From Octopus sinensis (lineage: Eukaryota), in NCBI RefSeq assembly GCF_006345805.1, contig NC_042999.1, positions 50,468,001-50,532,000 of the forward strand: a stretch of 64,000 nt of DNA. Reading direction: 5' to 3'. Within the stretch, counting starts at the first letter, position 1. Every line of letters begins with the position of its first letter. Under the pieces are notes generated by a model, which was not told the DNA's origin, did not search any database, and worked only from the letters and a program-made list of their open reading frames with translations. Position numbers and translations under genes: made by a program. Shown here piece by piece: positions 37,303 to 48,895 of the stretch.

Positions 37303-37504
37303 CATTTGATTTTTTAATGTCTCTACCCTCATACTTTCTTGAGTTGAATTGAGCAAACACTATATGAGAGAGGTTTTCTTTAAGTGTTAGAAATAGTTTT
37401 ATAAAAAGTTTTTTTTAGCTGCTATTTCTAACGAGTTCAGTATGCGGCAAAGTAATTTATTTTACTAAGCCCTTTTATATAATATATTATATATATATAT
37501 ATAT

Positions 37505-37547
37505 GAAGAACAACAACAACAACAACAAGGATGATATAATAATATAA

Positions 37548-37578
<31 letters not shown>

Positions 37579-37664
37579 ATAATAATAATAATAATAATAA
37601 TGATAAAATAATAATAATAATAATAATGATGATAATAATAATAATAATAATAATAATATAATAT
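37505..37664. repeat. (AAC)n/(AAT)n microsatellite
   Basis: Direct reading. Confidence 0.9.
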
Positions 37665-38836
37665 AAAATGCCCTGATGCAGTACCAGGCAGTGGCTCTCA
37701 TGGCTTCTGATCTTAACTGATTGGAAGTGTTATCATGGTACATTGTTTTGTCTTGGTATAAAAGATGGGCTACAGCAATATTCTGCTCAATACCACAGAT
37801 TTGCTTGTAGTTGTTTGACCTTAACCAGTTGAGCATGTCCCTTAGTGGCTGACGATATGTGCATCTCTGATCACGAGCAGAAGTAGTGGGGGAGCATCAT
37901 AGCCATGTGTTGAGAGGGATTCTTTGGGGTTGAATAATTCCTCTGGAAACATGGGTGGTTCTTTCAACATCCTTAAACAACCCTTATTCAGGGACCTTTT
38001 GAGCGGGATGGGCTACTCAACCTGAAGAAAATTCTAACTGGGCCCCACCTGCAAGGTCATGTGCCGTTTATCTTGATATGAGATCACCATGTCGCGCACA
38101 TATGGTTGTGATGCATGTGCCTGGTGTAGCTTTATCAGACGGGTAGTCATGATGGGTATATTGGGCTTCGTATATTTTACCCTAGTGTCACTTTGATGGC
38201 ATGAACTGCTCTCTCACTCAGTAATAATAATAATAATAATAATGATAATAATAATAACAATAATAATAACAATAATAATTGCTCTGATGCAGTACCAGGC
38301 AGTGGATCTCATGGCTGCTGATCTTAACTGATTGGAAGTGTTATCATGTACATTGTTTTGTCTTGGTATAAAAGATCGGCTACAGCAAATATTCTGCTCA
38401 ATAACACAGATTTGCTTGTCAATTATTTGACCTTAACCAGTTGACCATGTCCCTTAGTGGCTGATGGTATGTGCATCTCTGATAACGAGCAGAAATAGTT
38501 GGGGAGCATCATAGCCATGTGTTGAGAAGGATTCTTCAGGGTTTGAATAATTCACCTCTGGAAACATGGGTGTTTCGTTCAACATCCTTAAACAACCCTT
38601 ATTCAGGGACCTTTTGAGCGGGATGGGCTACTTGGCCAGAAGAAAATTCTAACTGGGCCCCACCTTCAAGGTCATGTGTTGTTTATCTTGATATGAGATC
38701 ATCATGTCATGCACATATGGTTGTGATGCATGTGCCTGGTGTACACTTATCAGACGGGTAGTCATGATGGGTATACTGGGCTTCGTACATTTTACCCCAG
38801 TGTCACTTTGATGCCATGCACTGCTCTCTCTCACTC

Positions 38837-38870
<34 letters not shown>

Positions 38871-39397
38871 TCCTTATTCAGGGACCTTTTGAGCAGGATA
38901 GGCTACTCGACCAGAAGAAAATTCTAACTGGGCCCCACCTGCAAGGTCATGTACTGTTTATGTTGATATGAGATCAACATGTCGTGCACATATGGTTGTG
39001 ATGCATGTGCTTGGTGTACCATTATCAGACGGGTAGTCATGATGGGTATACTGGATTCGTATATTTTACGCCAGTGTTGCTTTGATGGCATGCACTGCTC
39101 TCTCTCACTCAATAATAATAATAATAAAATCCTTATTCAGGGACCTTTTGAGCAGGATGGGCAACTCGACCTGAAGAAAATTCCAACTGGGCCCCACCTG
39201 CAAGGTCATGCGCTGTTTATCTTGATATGAGATCAACATGGCGAGCACATATGGTTGTGATGCATTGTGCCTGGTGTACCCTTATCAGACAGGTAGTCAT
39301 GATGGGTATACTGGGCTTCGTATATTTTACCCCAGTGTCACTTTGATGGCATGCACTGCTCTCTCTTTCTTACTCAATAATAATAATAATAATAATA
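37665..39397 (+). mobile_element. Four head-to-tail, 5'-truncated copies of an (AAT)n-tailed non-LTR element
   Basis: Copies at ~37665-38220, 38279-38837, 38869-39111 and 39127-39376, each ending ..ctctc(t/a)ctca plus (AAT)n. Confidence 0.85.
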
Positions 39398-40142
39398 AAC
39401 AAACAATTCTGCTGCAATGCTAATTTCACTTAATTTGAATTCAGAAATGTGATGCAGCTAACTATATAAAGTAATGCATAGCACTTCTTTTATCACCGTT
39501 CACTCTTCCAACTGCTATAAGAATTAATTGTAATAATCTTCAAATTTCTTCAATTACCGCTACATTCGGTTATTTAGAAGTCAGCTCATGTTGTTAATCA
39601 TTTCTGTCATCTATACTGCACTAAACAACTTCTCATTAACTCTATTTCCTTAAGGCCAGCAAATGTACAAAAAAGAAAAAAAAAAAGAAGCGAAAATTTG
39701 CATTTTAGATAGCATGTAATCCTATTTAAACAGATGGTTTGTTTTAATTTTGTTTTGTTTTGCTGTTTGGTTTGTTTGTGATTTTTTTTTCCTCTCAATT
39801 TTGTTTCCCCCTCCCCCGCCACTGACCCACCCAGCAATCATAACAGTTAAATTTTAATTGCAAATGCTAAACTATATAAAACATTTATTCAAGCTTATTT
39901 ATTTGTTTATATTATTTATATTATTTATATTGACAAAACAAAAAATTACGATACAAGGAAATTAATAGAAAACATTCAAGATATTTTCAATTAAATATTT
40001 TGCTTAATTATGTATATTAGAGACTGTACATGGTCGTTCCCCACCACACTTCCCTTCAAGCCTTTTCCATTAGCTGGAGCATATAGTTGTTCTTAGTCTA
40101 ATTTCCACTTCTGATAATAGATTTTTTTTTCTTCTTTGAGAG

Positions 40143-40460
40143 AATGGTGGTGGTGGTATTGGGAGTGGTGGTGGTATTGGGAGTGGTGGTGGTGGTGTTG
40201 GAGGAGGGGGTGGCAGTGTTAGTGATGGTGGTGTCAGCATCAGTACCAGTAGCAGTTGTCATTTGGTCGTCGTCATCGTACTTGTGGTGGCGTTAGTGGG
40301 GGGGGGGGTCACGGTGGTGGTTGTGATGGTGGTAGTGGTGGTGGTGGTGGTGGTAGTAGTGGCAGCAGTAGTGATTGTGGTGGTAGTTGTGACAGTGATG
40401 GTGGTGGTGGCAGTGATGGGGATGGTGGCAGCAGTGATAGCAGAAGTGGTGAAGATGATG
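40143..40460. repeat. (GGT)n-rich low-complexity tract
   Basis: Direct reading. Confidence 0.85.
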
Positions 40461-40926
40461 ATTATACAAAACAGCATATTTACTTCATTTTTTTTAAAAA
40501 TTTACACTACCTTGCAGAGAAAACAGGTTTAAGTCTCATATTAAAATTGATAATTAACCTTTATAGCATTACTTTAACATGTGTAAATGCAAACATACCT
40601 AAGGTGCTTTTTTTTCTATTCAGACACAAGTCAAAACTTAAGAAAGAGACCATCATAAGTCAGTGATAATTAAAAGTTTATTGCTTTACTTGTTTTTGTT
40701 TATCAGAGATTAATATCATTGGTGTTGACCTCCACCCTTTAGCTTGGAGCACCTGAGAAAATAATGGGTTTCTGCTATTTTTAGTTGGTCTAACAAATAT
40801 CTAAATATTATTCAATAAAATCGGAAAAAATATTGAAAATGTTTACACACCCAACACAAAACTTGTACATGAAATAGAAAAAGAATATATTAAAACATAG
40901 GGCATAGGAGCAGAAGTGGCTGTGTG

Positions 40927-42847
40927 CGCGGGCGCTTGTCAGCGTGCATTGGAGCGGTTCAACTTCTCCAGGCGCCAACGCCGCCTCAACATCTCCCCGG
41001 CTGAGCTCTTGGCTCTTCGTTCCCTCCAACGGCGCGCTGACATTATCATCAAACCGGCTGACAAGGGTGGAGCTGTAGTGGTGTGGCGCGCGGACCTCTA
41101 TAGGGCCGAGGCTTTCCGCCAACTCAATGACACCTCCTTCTATTCCCCTCTGCCCTCTAACCCCACACGTAGCTACCAACAGACGGTATCCTCTACTGTC
41201 CAAGACCTCATCTCGTCCTCCCGTCTCCCCCGCACCGCATCCAACCTAATTGTGCGAACCCCACGTACCCCCACCATTTACTTCCTCCCCCCAAAATCCA
41301 CAAACCCAACACCCTGGCCGCCCCACCGTCTCCGCCTGTAACTGCCCCACGGAGCTCATCTCTAAATACCTCGACCGTGTCCTTGCCCCCCTAGTGGCAT
41401 CTCTTCCCTCCCACATCCACGATACCAACCATGCTCTCCGGCTTTTCAACTCTTTCTCCTTTCCTCCCGGCTCCTCCAAAATCCTTTTTACTATGGACAT
41501 CCAAAGCCTCTATACTGTTATCCCTCACCACGAAGGACTGCAGGCCCTTCGACACACTTTCTTGACCTCCGCTCTAACCCTGTACCTGACACCTCCACAC
41601 TCATTCGTCTGGCCGAACTTGTCCTTACTCTGAACTGCTTCTCGTTCGCGGGCGAGTTCTACCATCAGGTCTCGGGAGTGGCCATGGGAACGCGAATGGG
41701 CCCCAACTATGCGAACCTGTTCGTTGGCTATGTTGAGGCCCAAATATTCTCTAATTTCACTGGTCCCACTCCTGAACTATATGGTCGTTATATTGACGAC
41801 ATTATCGGTGCCACCTCACTCTCCCGCGAACATCTAGATTCCTTCCTCTCTTTCGTCCAATCTTTCCATCCAGCCCTCCACTTCACTTCCACTATCTCCA
41901 ACACCTCTGTCTCCTTCCTCGACATTTCGGTTAGCATTCTTCACTCCACTCTTACCACCTCCATTCACTACAAACACACAGACTCACACTCATACCTCAC
42001 TTCTCTTCCTCCCACCCAGAACACACCAAGCTTTCCATCCCCTATTCCCAATTCCTCCGTCTACGTAGGCTCTGTAGTGACGACCATGACTTTGAGACTC
42101 AGTCTCACGTATGGCTCACCACTTCACCCTACGTGGATACCCCCTCACCATTATCCACACCGCCCTTGCCAGAGCACGGTCCGTGGACCGTGTATCTGCT
42201 CTCTCTCCCCGAACCCCCCGCCCTGTAGTCTCCCGCCTCCCTTTTCCCCTCACTTACCACCCCACGACCCTACGTCTCCAACGCACCATTCTTCGAGCTT
42301 TCCGTCATCTCCAGTCCGACCCGTCCACTTCACACCTCTTCCCTAACCGACCCCTCCCCTCTTTCAAACGAGCCCACAACCTTCGAGACCTTTTGGTCCA
42401 TAGCTCCTTCCCTGACCCTACCTCCCAACCCGGCTCGTTCCCCTGCTCCCGCCCACGTTGCCGCACTTGCCCTTACCTCTCCAACACCACCCGCCTCACT
42501 AGCACCCACCATCGACCCTATCCCATCATCCACTCCTTCACCTGCACCTCCAGCAATATTATCTATTGCATCTCTTGCTCTCTCTGCAATTCCTTGTACA
42601 TCGGACAACGGGACGCCGCTTGGCTGACCGGTTCGCGGAACACCTTCGTGACATCCACCTTGCGAACGACACACCGGTCTCACGCCATTTCCGCTCCACC
42701 GGTCACTCCTTGCAACACCTATCTGTGTTCGGTTTGTCCTTACACAGAGGCCATCCGGATTCCCGTTTGCGCCGTGAACAGGAATTAATCTTCTCTCTTC
42801 GCTCTTATACGCCATTTGGTCTCAACTCTCCCCCCCTCCTCATCTAA
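40927..42847 (+). pseudogene. PLE reverse transcriptase plus Zn-finger GIY-YIG endonuclease, frameshifted
   Basis: IIIKPADKGGAVVVW; TMDIQSLYT; GVAMGTRMGPNYANLFVG; RYIDD; FLDISV; CSRPRCRTC; NIIYCISCSLCNSLYIGQ/TGRRLADRFAEH; EQELIF..GLN. Several single-base indels. Confidence 0.92.
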
Positions 42848-43684
42848 CCTCACCCCCCCTCCTCACCTATCCTTTCTTCCCCCGACCCCTACTTCTTCAG
42901 TCCTTCATCCTTTCACCCCTACTCCCCTTCCCTTCTTCCCTCTTTCTCCTCCCTCTTCCCCTTCCCTCTGCTCCCTCACTCCCTCTCTCCCCTTCTCTCT
43001 CCCCCTCATCCCTTCCTTCTCCCCCATCCTCTCCTCTCCCCTCTTCTCCTCCCCCTCTTCTTCCCCTCCCCTTCTCTCCCCCTCTTCTCCCCCTTTCCCC
43101 CTCCCCCTCTTCTCCCCGTCCCCCTCTTCTCCTCACTACACCACATGACTTTACACATCACATCACATATGATGTGCCATACTAATACACACACAACTAA
43201 TACATACTAATACGTACTAATACATACTAGTACATACTAATACTTACACCAACCCTATACATACACACGTCCAGACCCCGCATACGCACTTATACTCTCC
43301 TCACACACACACACACACACCTATACATACCAATACGTACTAATACATACTAATACATACTAATACATACACCAACCCCATACATACGCACGTCCAGACC
43401 AATCTTACGCACTAATACTCTCTCATACACACACACACACACACAACACCCTTATACATACTAATACATACACCAACCCTATACATACACACATCCAGAC
43501 CCCTCCCACGCACTTTAGCTGGTCCCTCAACCCATTTATCAACCCTATTATCTCCCCTTATTTCGCTCTCGCGCTCATGTTTGATCTTTGACCTCTGGCC
43601 AAAATCAGATCGCCATGTTGATTCGTTAGCTACTGCACGCATTTTTTTTCTCTCCTTCTTTCTGTGTTTTTCTCTCTCTGTGTA

Positions 43685-43722
43685 TCTTTCTGTTGAAGAG
43701 CGTAGGCTCGAAACGTTAAAGA
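43685..43722 (+). ncRNA. Minimal type I hammerhead-like motif in the PLE 3' end, core CUGUUGA (A6U)
   Basis: TCTTT CTGTTGA A GAGC-GTAG-GCTC GAAA CG T T AAAGA: 5-bp stem I, 4-bp stem II, palindromic stem III. Confidence 0.6.
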
Positions 43723-44835
43723 CTTGTTTTATTTATATTTCCTGAGCGCCATACTAATACAATTGTTCGTTTGTTTTCCACCTGCCTTCGTCTTTTGTTT
43801 ATTTTCATAAAGCTTCCCGTTATATATATATATATACAAACTTTTTTCGTAATAAGATAAAGAACCAAGGCAGTTTAGATTTTAGAACATTTATAAATAG
43901 AAGGTCTTACAGCTGTTTCTATGATATCTATAGTTAATTTAGATAAGATACGAAATAGAGAGTGAGGTGGAGGAATGATGGGTCTTACTGACACCATTAC
44001 CTCTCATAACCTATATATTGTATGTATGTATGTATGTATGTATGTATGTATGTATGTATGTGTGTGTGTGTGTGTGTATGTGTGTGTGTGTGTATGTATA
44101 TAAACACACAAACACATACATTTTCAGCCACAATTGAAAAGTACTAAGACTTGCATGTGGCATGCTTGATTAATCATGAAGATCCTTTCACATGAAACCA
44201 TTGGTTGTCTTGTTGATCCACAAATGAAGTGTGTGTGTGTGTGTTTGTATGTATATAGACAGATAGACATAGAAACAGAAAGGGAGAGAGAGATGTATAC
44301 GTCTGTGTGTGTGTACATGTCTCTGTGTCTGAGTCAACACCACTTGGCAGCCACTATTAACTTATTCATGTTCCCAAAGCATAGCAGCTCAGCAAAAGAG
44401 ACTGATAAAATAAGTACGAGACTTTAAAAAACTAGAACTTAAGTAGTAGAGTCAATTTGTCCAACTAAACCTTCAAGGTAGTGTCCCAGCATGGCCACAA
44501 TCCTATGACAGAAAACAAGTAAAACATTATTTTGTTGTGGATTGTGAGAATTATTAAACAGCCTTGTGGCATTTGTTCCAGTTCTTTACATTGTGATTTC
44601 AAATCCTGCAGAGGCCAGCGTCGTCTTTCATCTTTTCAGGGTCAATAAAATAAAATGTCAGCCAACTACTGACACTAATGTATATGCAAATGAAAATTAA
44701 TACCAGTGGGATCTAAGGGATTAAATTTGTGATTGACTGGCATCGTGTTCAGGAGAAAATTCTGTACACTTAGCCTAAACACTTTACAGATCTGTATAAG
44801 CTCCACTCTCAAGAGTCTGCAGGCTTGAGACAGAC

Positions 44836-44972
44836 CTGACAAGAAAGAAAATTTGTGTCAAACAAATCATTGTTGCAACTACAAACAGACATTATTTCCT
44901 CGTTTGCTTGTATTTTGACCAAATTGCTAGATTCTTTGTTCAGACATATTTCTTTAGTGTTTGTTGAAATTT
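44836..44972 (-). CDS. Candidate exon of an unidentified host gene
   Basis: 137 nt, ctcttactttcag|AAATT...TGTCAG|gtctgt, open frame ISTNTKEICLNKESSNLVKIQANEEIMSVCSCNNDLFDTNFLSCQ. Confidence 0.3.
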
Positions 44973-45449
44973 CTGAAAGTAAGAGTAGCAGTCTAATATT
45001 CAAGCTTAAATTCTTATTGCAGCTACTTTAAATTAAACCATTTGCTGAATATTTATAAAGATATTGGGTAAATACAATTTAAATACTCAAAGTTATACAA
45101 ACTTTATAAGCTGTAACAGAATAAACGTGATAGAATTTAGAACTAGATTAATGCAGTTATCATAAATTGCACGAGCTTTCCTCCTCATCATCATAACAAA
45201 AAAATGCTATCATATCTTCAGAACATATAGCAGCAAGTTTTCTGCAATGTAGGCAAAACAAACGTGATAAGTTATCTTACAAGTTTTATGAATTATAAGT
45301 GTTATGGAAATCTGCCGAACAACATAAAATTCTGTTGTTTAACAGAAGAAACTTCTTATTGAGGAATATAAGTAGGAATATTTAAAAGTGCTTCTGGCTC
45401 TAATATACATACAAATACACACACACATGCACACACACACACACACATG

Positions 45450-45592
45450 CATTTTCTGTCATTCCCTTCTGCTGAAGAGCGTAGGCTGGAAACATAAAAG
45501 ACTCTCTCACTTTCCCGAGCATCAAACTAATACACTTGCTTGTTGCTCATACACTTGTCTTCATCTTTTGTTTTTCTGTAAATTTTAACTAT
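45450..45592 (+). mobile_element. PLE 3' terminal fragment with relic HHR (45464-45502, core CUGCUGA)
   Basis: Homologous to 43685-43815. Confidence 0.7.
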
Positions 45593-45659
45593 ATATTATA
45601 CACACATGTAGTCACCCCAGTTTTATCCTGCATTAACCTCCTACACTTTGGACTTATCT

Positions 45660-46210
45660 CAACTACTGCCTGAACTTTCTTCACCTCTCCTCATCTACAT
45701 ACCAGCACTGACCCCTCTACCTCACACATCTTCCCCAACCTACCCCTTCCCGTCTTTAAACAAGCCCACAACCTGCGTGACCTCCTGGTCCACAGTTTCT
45801 TCCCTAATGCCACCTCTCAACCTAGCTTATTCCTCTGCTCCTGCCCATGCTGCCACACTTGCCCCTACCTCTCCAACCCCACCATCCTCCCAGGAACCCA
45901 TCATTGTCCCTATAAACTCCTTCACCTGCACTTCTAGCAACGTTATTTACTGCATCTCCTGCTCTTTCTGCCCTTCTCTGTACATTGGTCAAATGGGACG
46001 CTGCTTGGTTGACCAGTTCATGGAGCGCCTCGGAGACAAAAGACTCAGTAATGACACCCTGGTCTAGCGCCATTTTCACTCTACTGGTCATTCACTACAA
46101 TACCTGTCTTTGTTCAGATTGTCTTTGCAAAGGTGCCATCCAGATTCCCATCTTTGCCATGAACAGGAATAAATCTTCTCTCTTCAGTCCTTTGCACCAC
46201 ATGGGCTCAA
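45660..46210 (+). pseudogene. Older, decayed PLE endonuclease fragment
   Basis: SFTCTSSNVIYCISCSFCPSLYIGQMGR; aligns to 42340-42830 with stops and substitutions. Confidence 0.85.
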
Positions 46211-46585
46211 CTTCCCTCACACACACATATTGGGTATGGTCATTTTTAGCCTATTAAAAGATGACCAACCCCAAGTATAACAATATGTTTCAACACACAT
46301 ATCTAAACATTATTCAATAAAATCGGAAAAAATATTGAAAAAATTCACATTACCAATTTTGCAAACAAATACATGAGAGCACATGGCTTAGTGATTAGGG
46401 TGTTGTGTTGCACTCACAACCTAGCGTTCAGGATTTCAATTCCTAGACTGGGTGGTGTATTGTGTTCTTGAGCAAAACACTTCATCTCACATTGCTCTGC
46501 AATCACTTCGACACCTGACAAACGGTACGCAGTGCACCTGTTCAGGCAATGTCAATTTCATGGAGAGAACGAATTTGATCACTAT

Positions 46586-46725
46586 AGTGGAAATGGCGCT
46601 AGACCAGGGTGTCATTACTGAGTCTTTTGTCTCCGAGGCGCTCCATGAACTGGTCAACCAAGCAGCGTCCCATTTGACCAATGTACAGAGAAGGGCAGAA
46701 AGAGCAGGAGATGCAGTAAATGACG
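46586..46725 (-). repeat. Inverted local copy of 45941-46080 inserted into a SINE
   Basis: 138/140 identical, including the private mutations of the decayed copy. Confidence 0.9.
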
Positions 46726-47360
46726 ATCACTATATATGGCACACAAATTTGATCACTATAAACAAATCATTTGTAGAGGTCGTTCGGTAAGGCTGAAAAC
46801 TCATACATCATCTTCAACAGGATAGTCCACCATACACACACACACGCACACATGCACACACATACACACACACATACGCACACACAACCACACACATACA
46901 CATATACAAATAATACTTTCATTGTGTCAAGTCAATTATACATTACCTCAATGAGACAGAATTATGAATAAAGAAGCTAAGTTATGTTTAGATTATTTAT
47001 GTAAATCAACTTAGACAAAACAAGCGCCAATTTGAAACACCCCCACAAGCTTGAATTGAAAATTATGGTGTGTCAAATATCAGTTAGATTATTCAGATGT
47101 AAGTCGTGTATGTCTAGGGTGGTAATTCTTTAACTGCATTATATAAATTCTTTAACAGAGATTCAAACATTTATAATTAAATTCCTAACAATGATCTTAT
47201 AACAGAGATAACGAAGATAATATTCTTGTCTCATATCTATGGTTAGTAATGTTTTATACTTTCTTTCTTCATTACATTTTTGTTAGTCAATTACAACTCT
47301 GAAATAAAGAAAGTATACTTTTGGAATAATGAATCTCTCTCTCTCTATGTGTACATATTC

Positions 47361-47406
<46 letters not shown>

Positions 47407-48026
47407 AAATCATTATGATATCTTGTAACATTTTATCTTCTTATATTTTGGTTTCAAATCCCACCAAAGACAACCTTGCCTTTCATCCCTCGTGGGTTGA
47501 TGAAATCGGTGCCTACCAACAGCTGAGGTCAATCAAGGAAGTTGGGCAGATCAGAGGAATCAACAGGGACATATTATCTACCAGGAATTATCAACAAACT
47601 ACGAAAAGGTTTATCAGGAGACTCCTGCCCTTTCTTTGCTATGGTGCACCTAAGCAGTGTAAGCAATAAGTTCATTATTATTTATGACTAACTATAAGGT
47701 ATCAAGCTGGCAGAATCATTAGCATGCCAGGCGAGATGCTTAGCAGTATTTTGTCTGCCACTATGTTCTCTGCTCAAATTCCACTGAGTTAGACTTTGCC
47801 TGTCATCCATTCAGGATCAATAAACAAAGTACCAGTTTTGTGCTAGGGTCGATGTAATCAACTATCCCCTCTCCCAAATTTCAGGCCTTTTGCTTATTGT
47901 AGAAAGGATTATTTATAACAAACTAATACCCACTCCATCCCTTATTATTGTTCACTTCTGCCTCTAAATAAAAAAACTTCATTTAATAATTGAAGTTGAG
48001 TTAAGTGATAATTCCAAGGTATTACA

Positions 48027-48895
48027 AATTTTAAATGAGATAGGTTGGGGTATTATAAGTGCTATCATAATGGAAAGGTGCATAGTGGAAGCAGCAAAGT
48101 AACCCTAAAAGGATATAATGAATTTTATAAACTCTAGTTAGTAGAATCGACATTAGAATTTCTTTCACAATAAACTTTATGTCCACTAACTAAACTGATA
48201 ATTGTAGTTATCTGTTTTCTGGTTCTAAGAATTTAAATTTGGGTGCTAATAAAAATAATAGTTAGCTTTGACATTAAGGTTAACTTTAAATTATAGTTAG
48301 CTTTGCATTGGCGGATGAACAGATTAATAAATTGTGGATTTACAGTTAGTTTTGGCAAGTTCATTGTTCGTAAAATGTTTAAGTAATTGCTGTTGGAAGA
48401 GAGCATAAGTTGTAGTTATGGCTTTTGTGTGCAGAGGAAAAATGTAATAAAGGTGAATTATATTAATGTGAAATGGTGCATGGAGATGTAAAATTACATA
48501 ATGGGACAAAGCCACAACTACTCTCTTCCATTAGCAATTACTTGAACATCTTACAAATAATCAACTTGTCAAAACTAACTCTGAATTCAAAATTTATTGA
48601 TCTAGTCATCTTTCTATGCAAATCTATCTAACCACAAGTAATTTAAAATTAACCTCGGTGTCAAAGCTGACTAGAATCCTTAATACCAACACAAAGTCCC
48701 CTATCTAAAAATCAGAAAATAGATAAATATAATTGTAAGTCTAGTTAAATTAGTAAGAATTTATTGCTATGAAAATTCCAATGTTCATTATACTAATTAA
48801 AGTTTATAAAATTCAGTATAAGTCTTTATGGTAACTCTGCTGGTCCCACTATACATACTGTTACGGCATAATCAACAGCTCCTCTCATTTAAAAT
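48027..48895. mobile_element. Old foldback/MITE with degenerate ~300-bp arms
   Basis: Collinear reverse-complement blocks, e.g. aattttaaatgaga/tctcatttaaaat, aattttataaact/agtttataaaatt and agttagctttgacattaaggttaa/ttaacctcggtgtcaaagctgact. Confidence 0.6.

Larger units (their letters stand above)
34996..37483 (+). mobile_element. Retrozyme-like tandem array: 4 x ~563-bp HHR-containing units plus a 5' inverted segment, inside (TA)n
   Basis: Unit starts at 35201, 35761, 36328, 36894 and 37459. 34996-35201 is inverted unit sequence (123-bp arms 34996-35118 and 35201-35323). One HHR per unit. Confidence 0.85.
40927..43821 (+). mobile_element. Penelope-like element (Neptune-type), 5'-truncated
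   Basis: RT plus GIY-YIG coding region, low-complexity spacer, 3' terminal region with an HHR-like motif, ends in (TA)n. Confidence 0.92.

Noticed and set aside
35201-37483. CRISPR or plain satellite interpretation of the tandem arrays
   Set aside because: Eukaryotic context with no unique spacers; the embedded ribozyme and inversion explain the array better.
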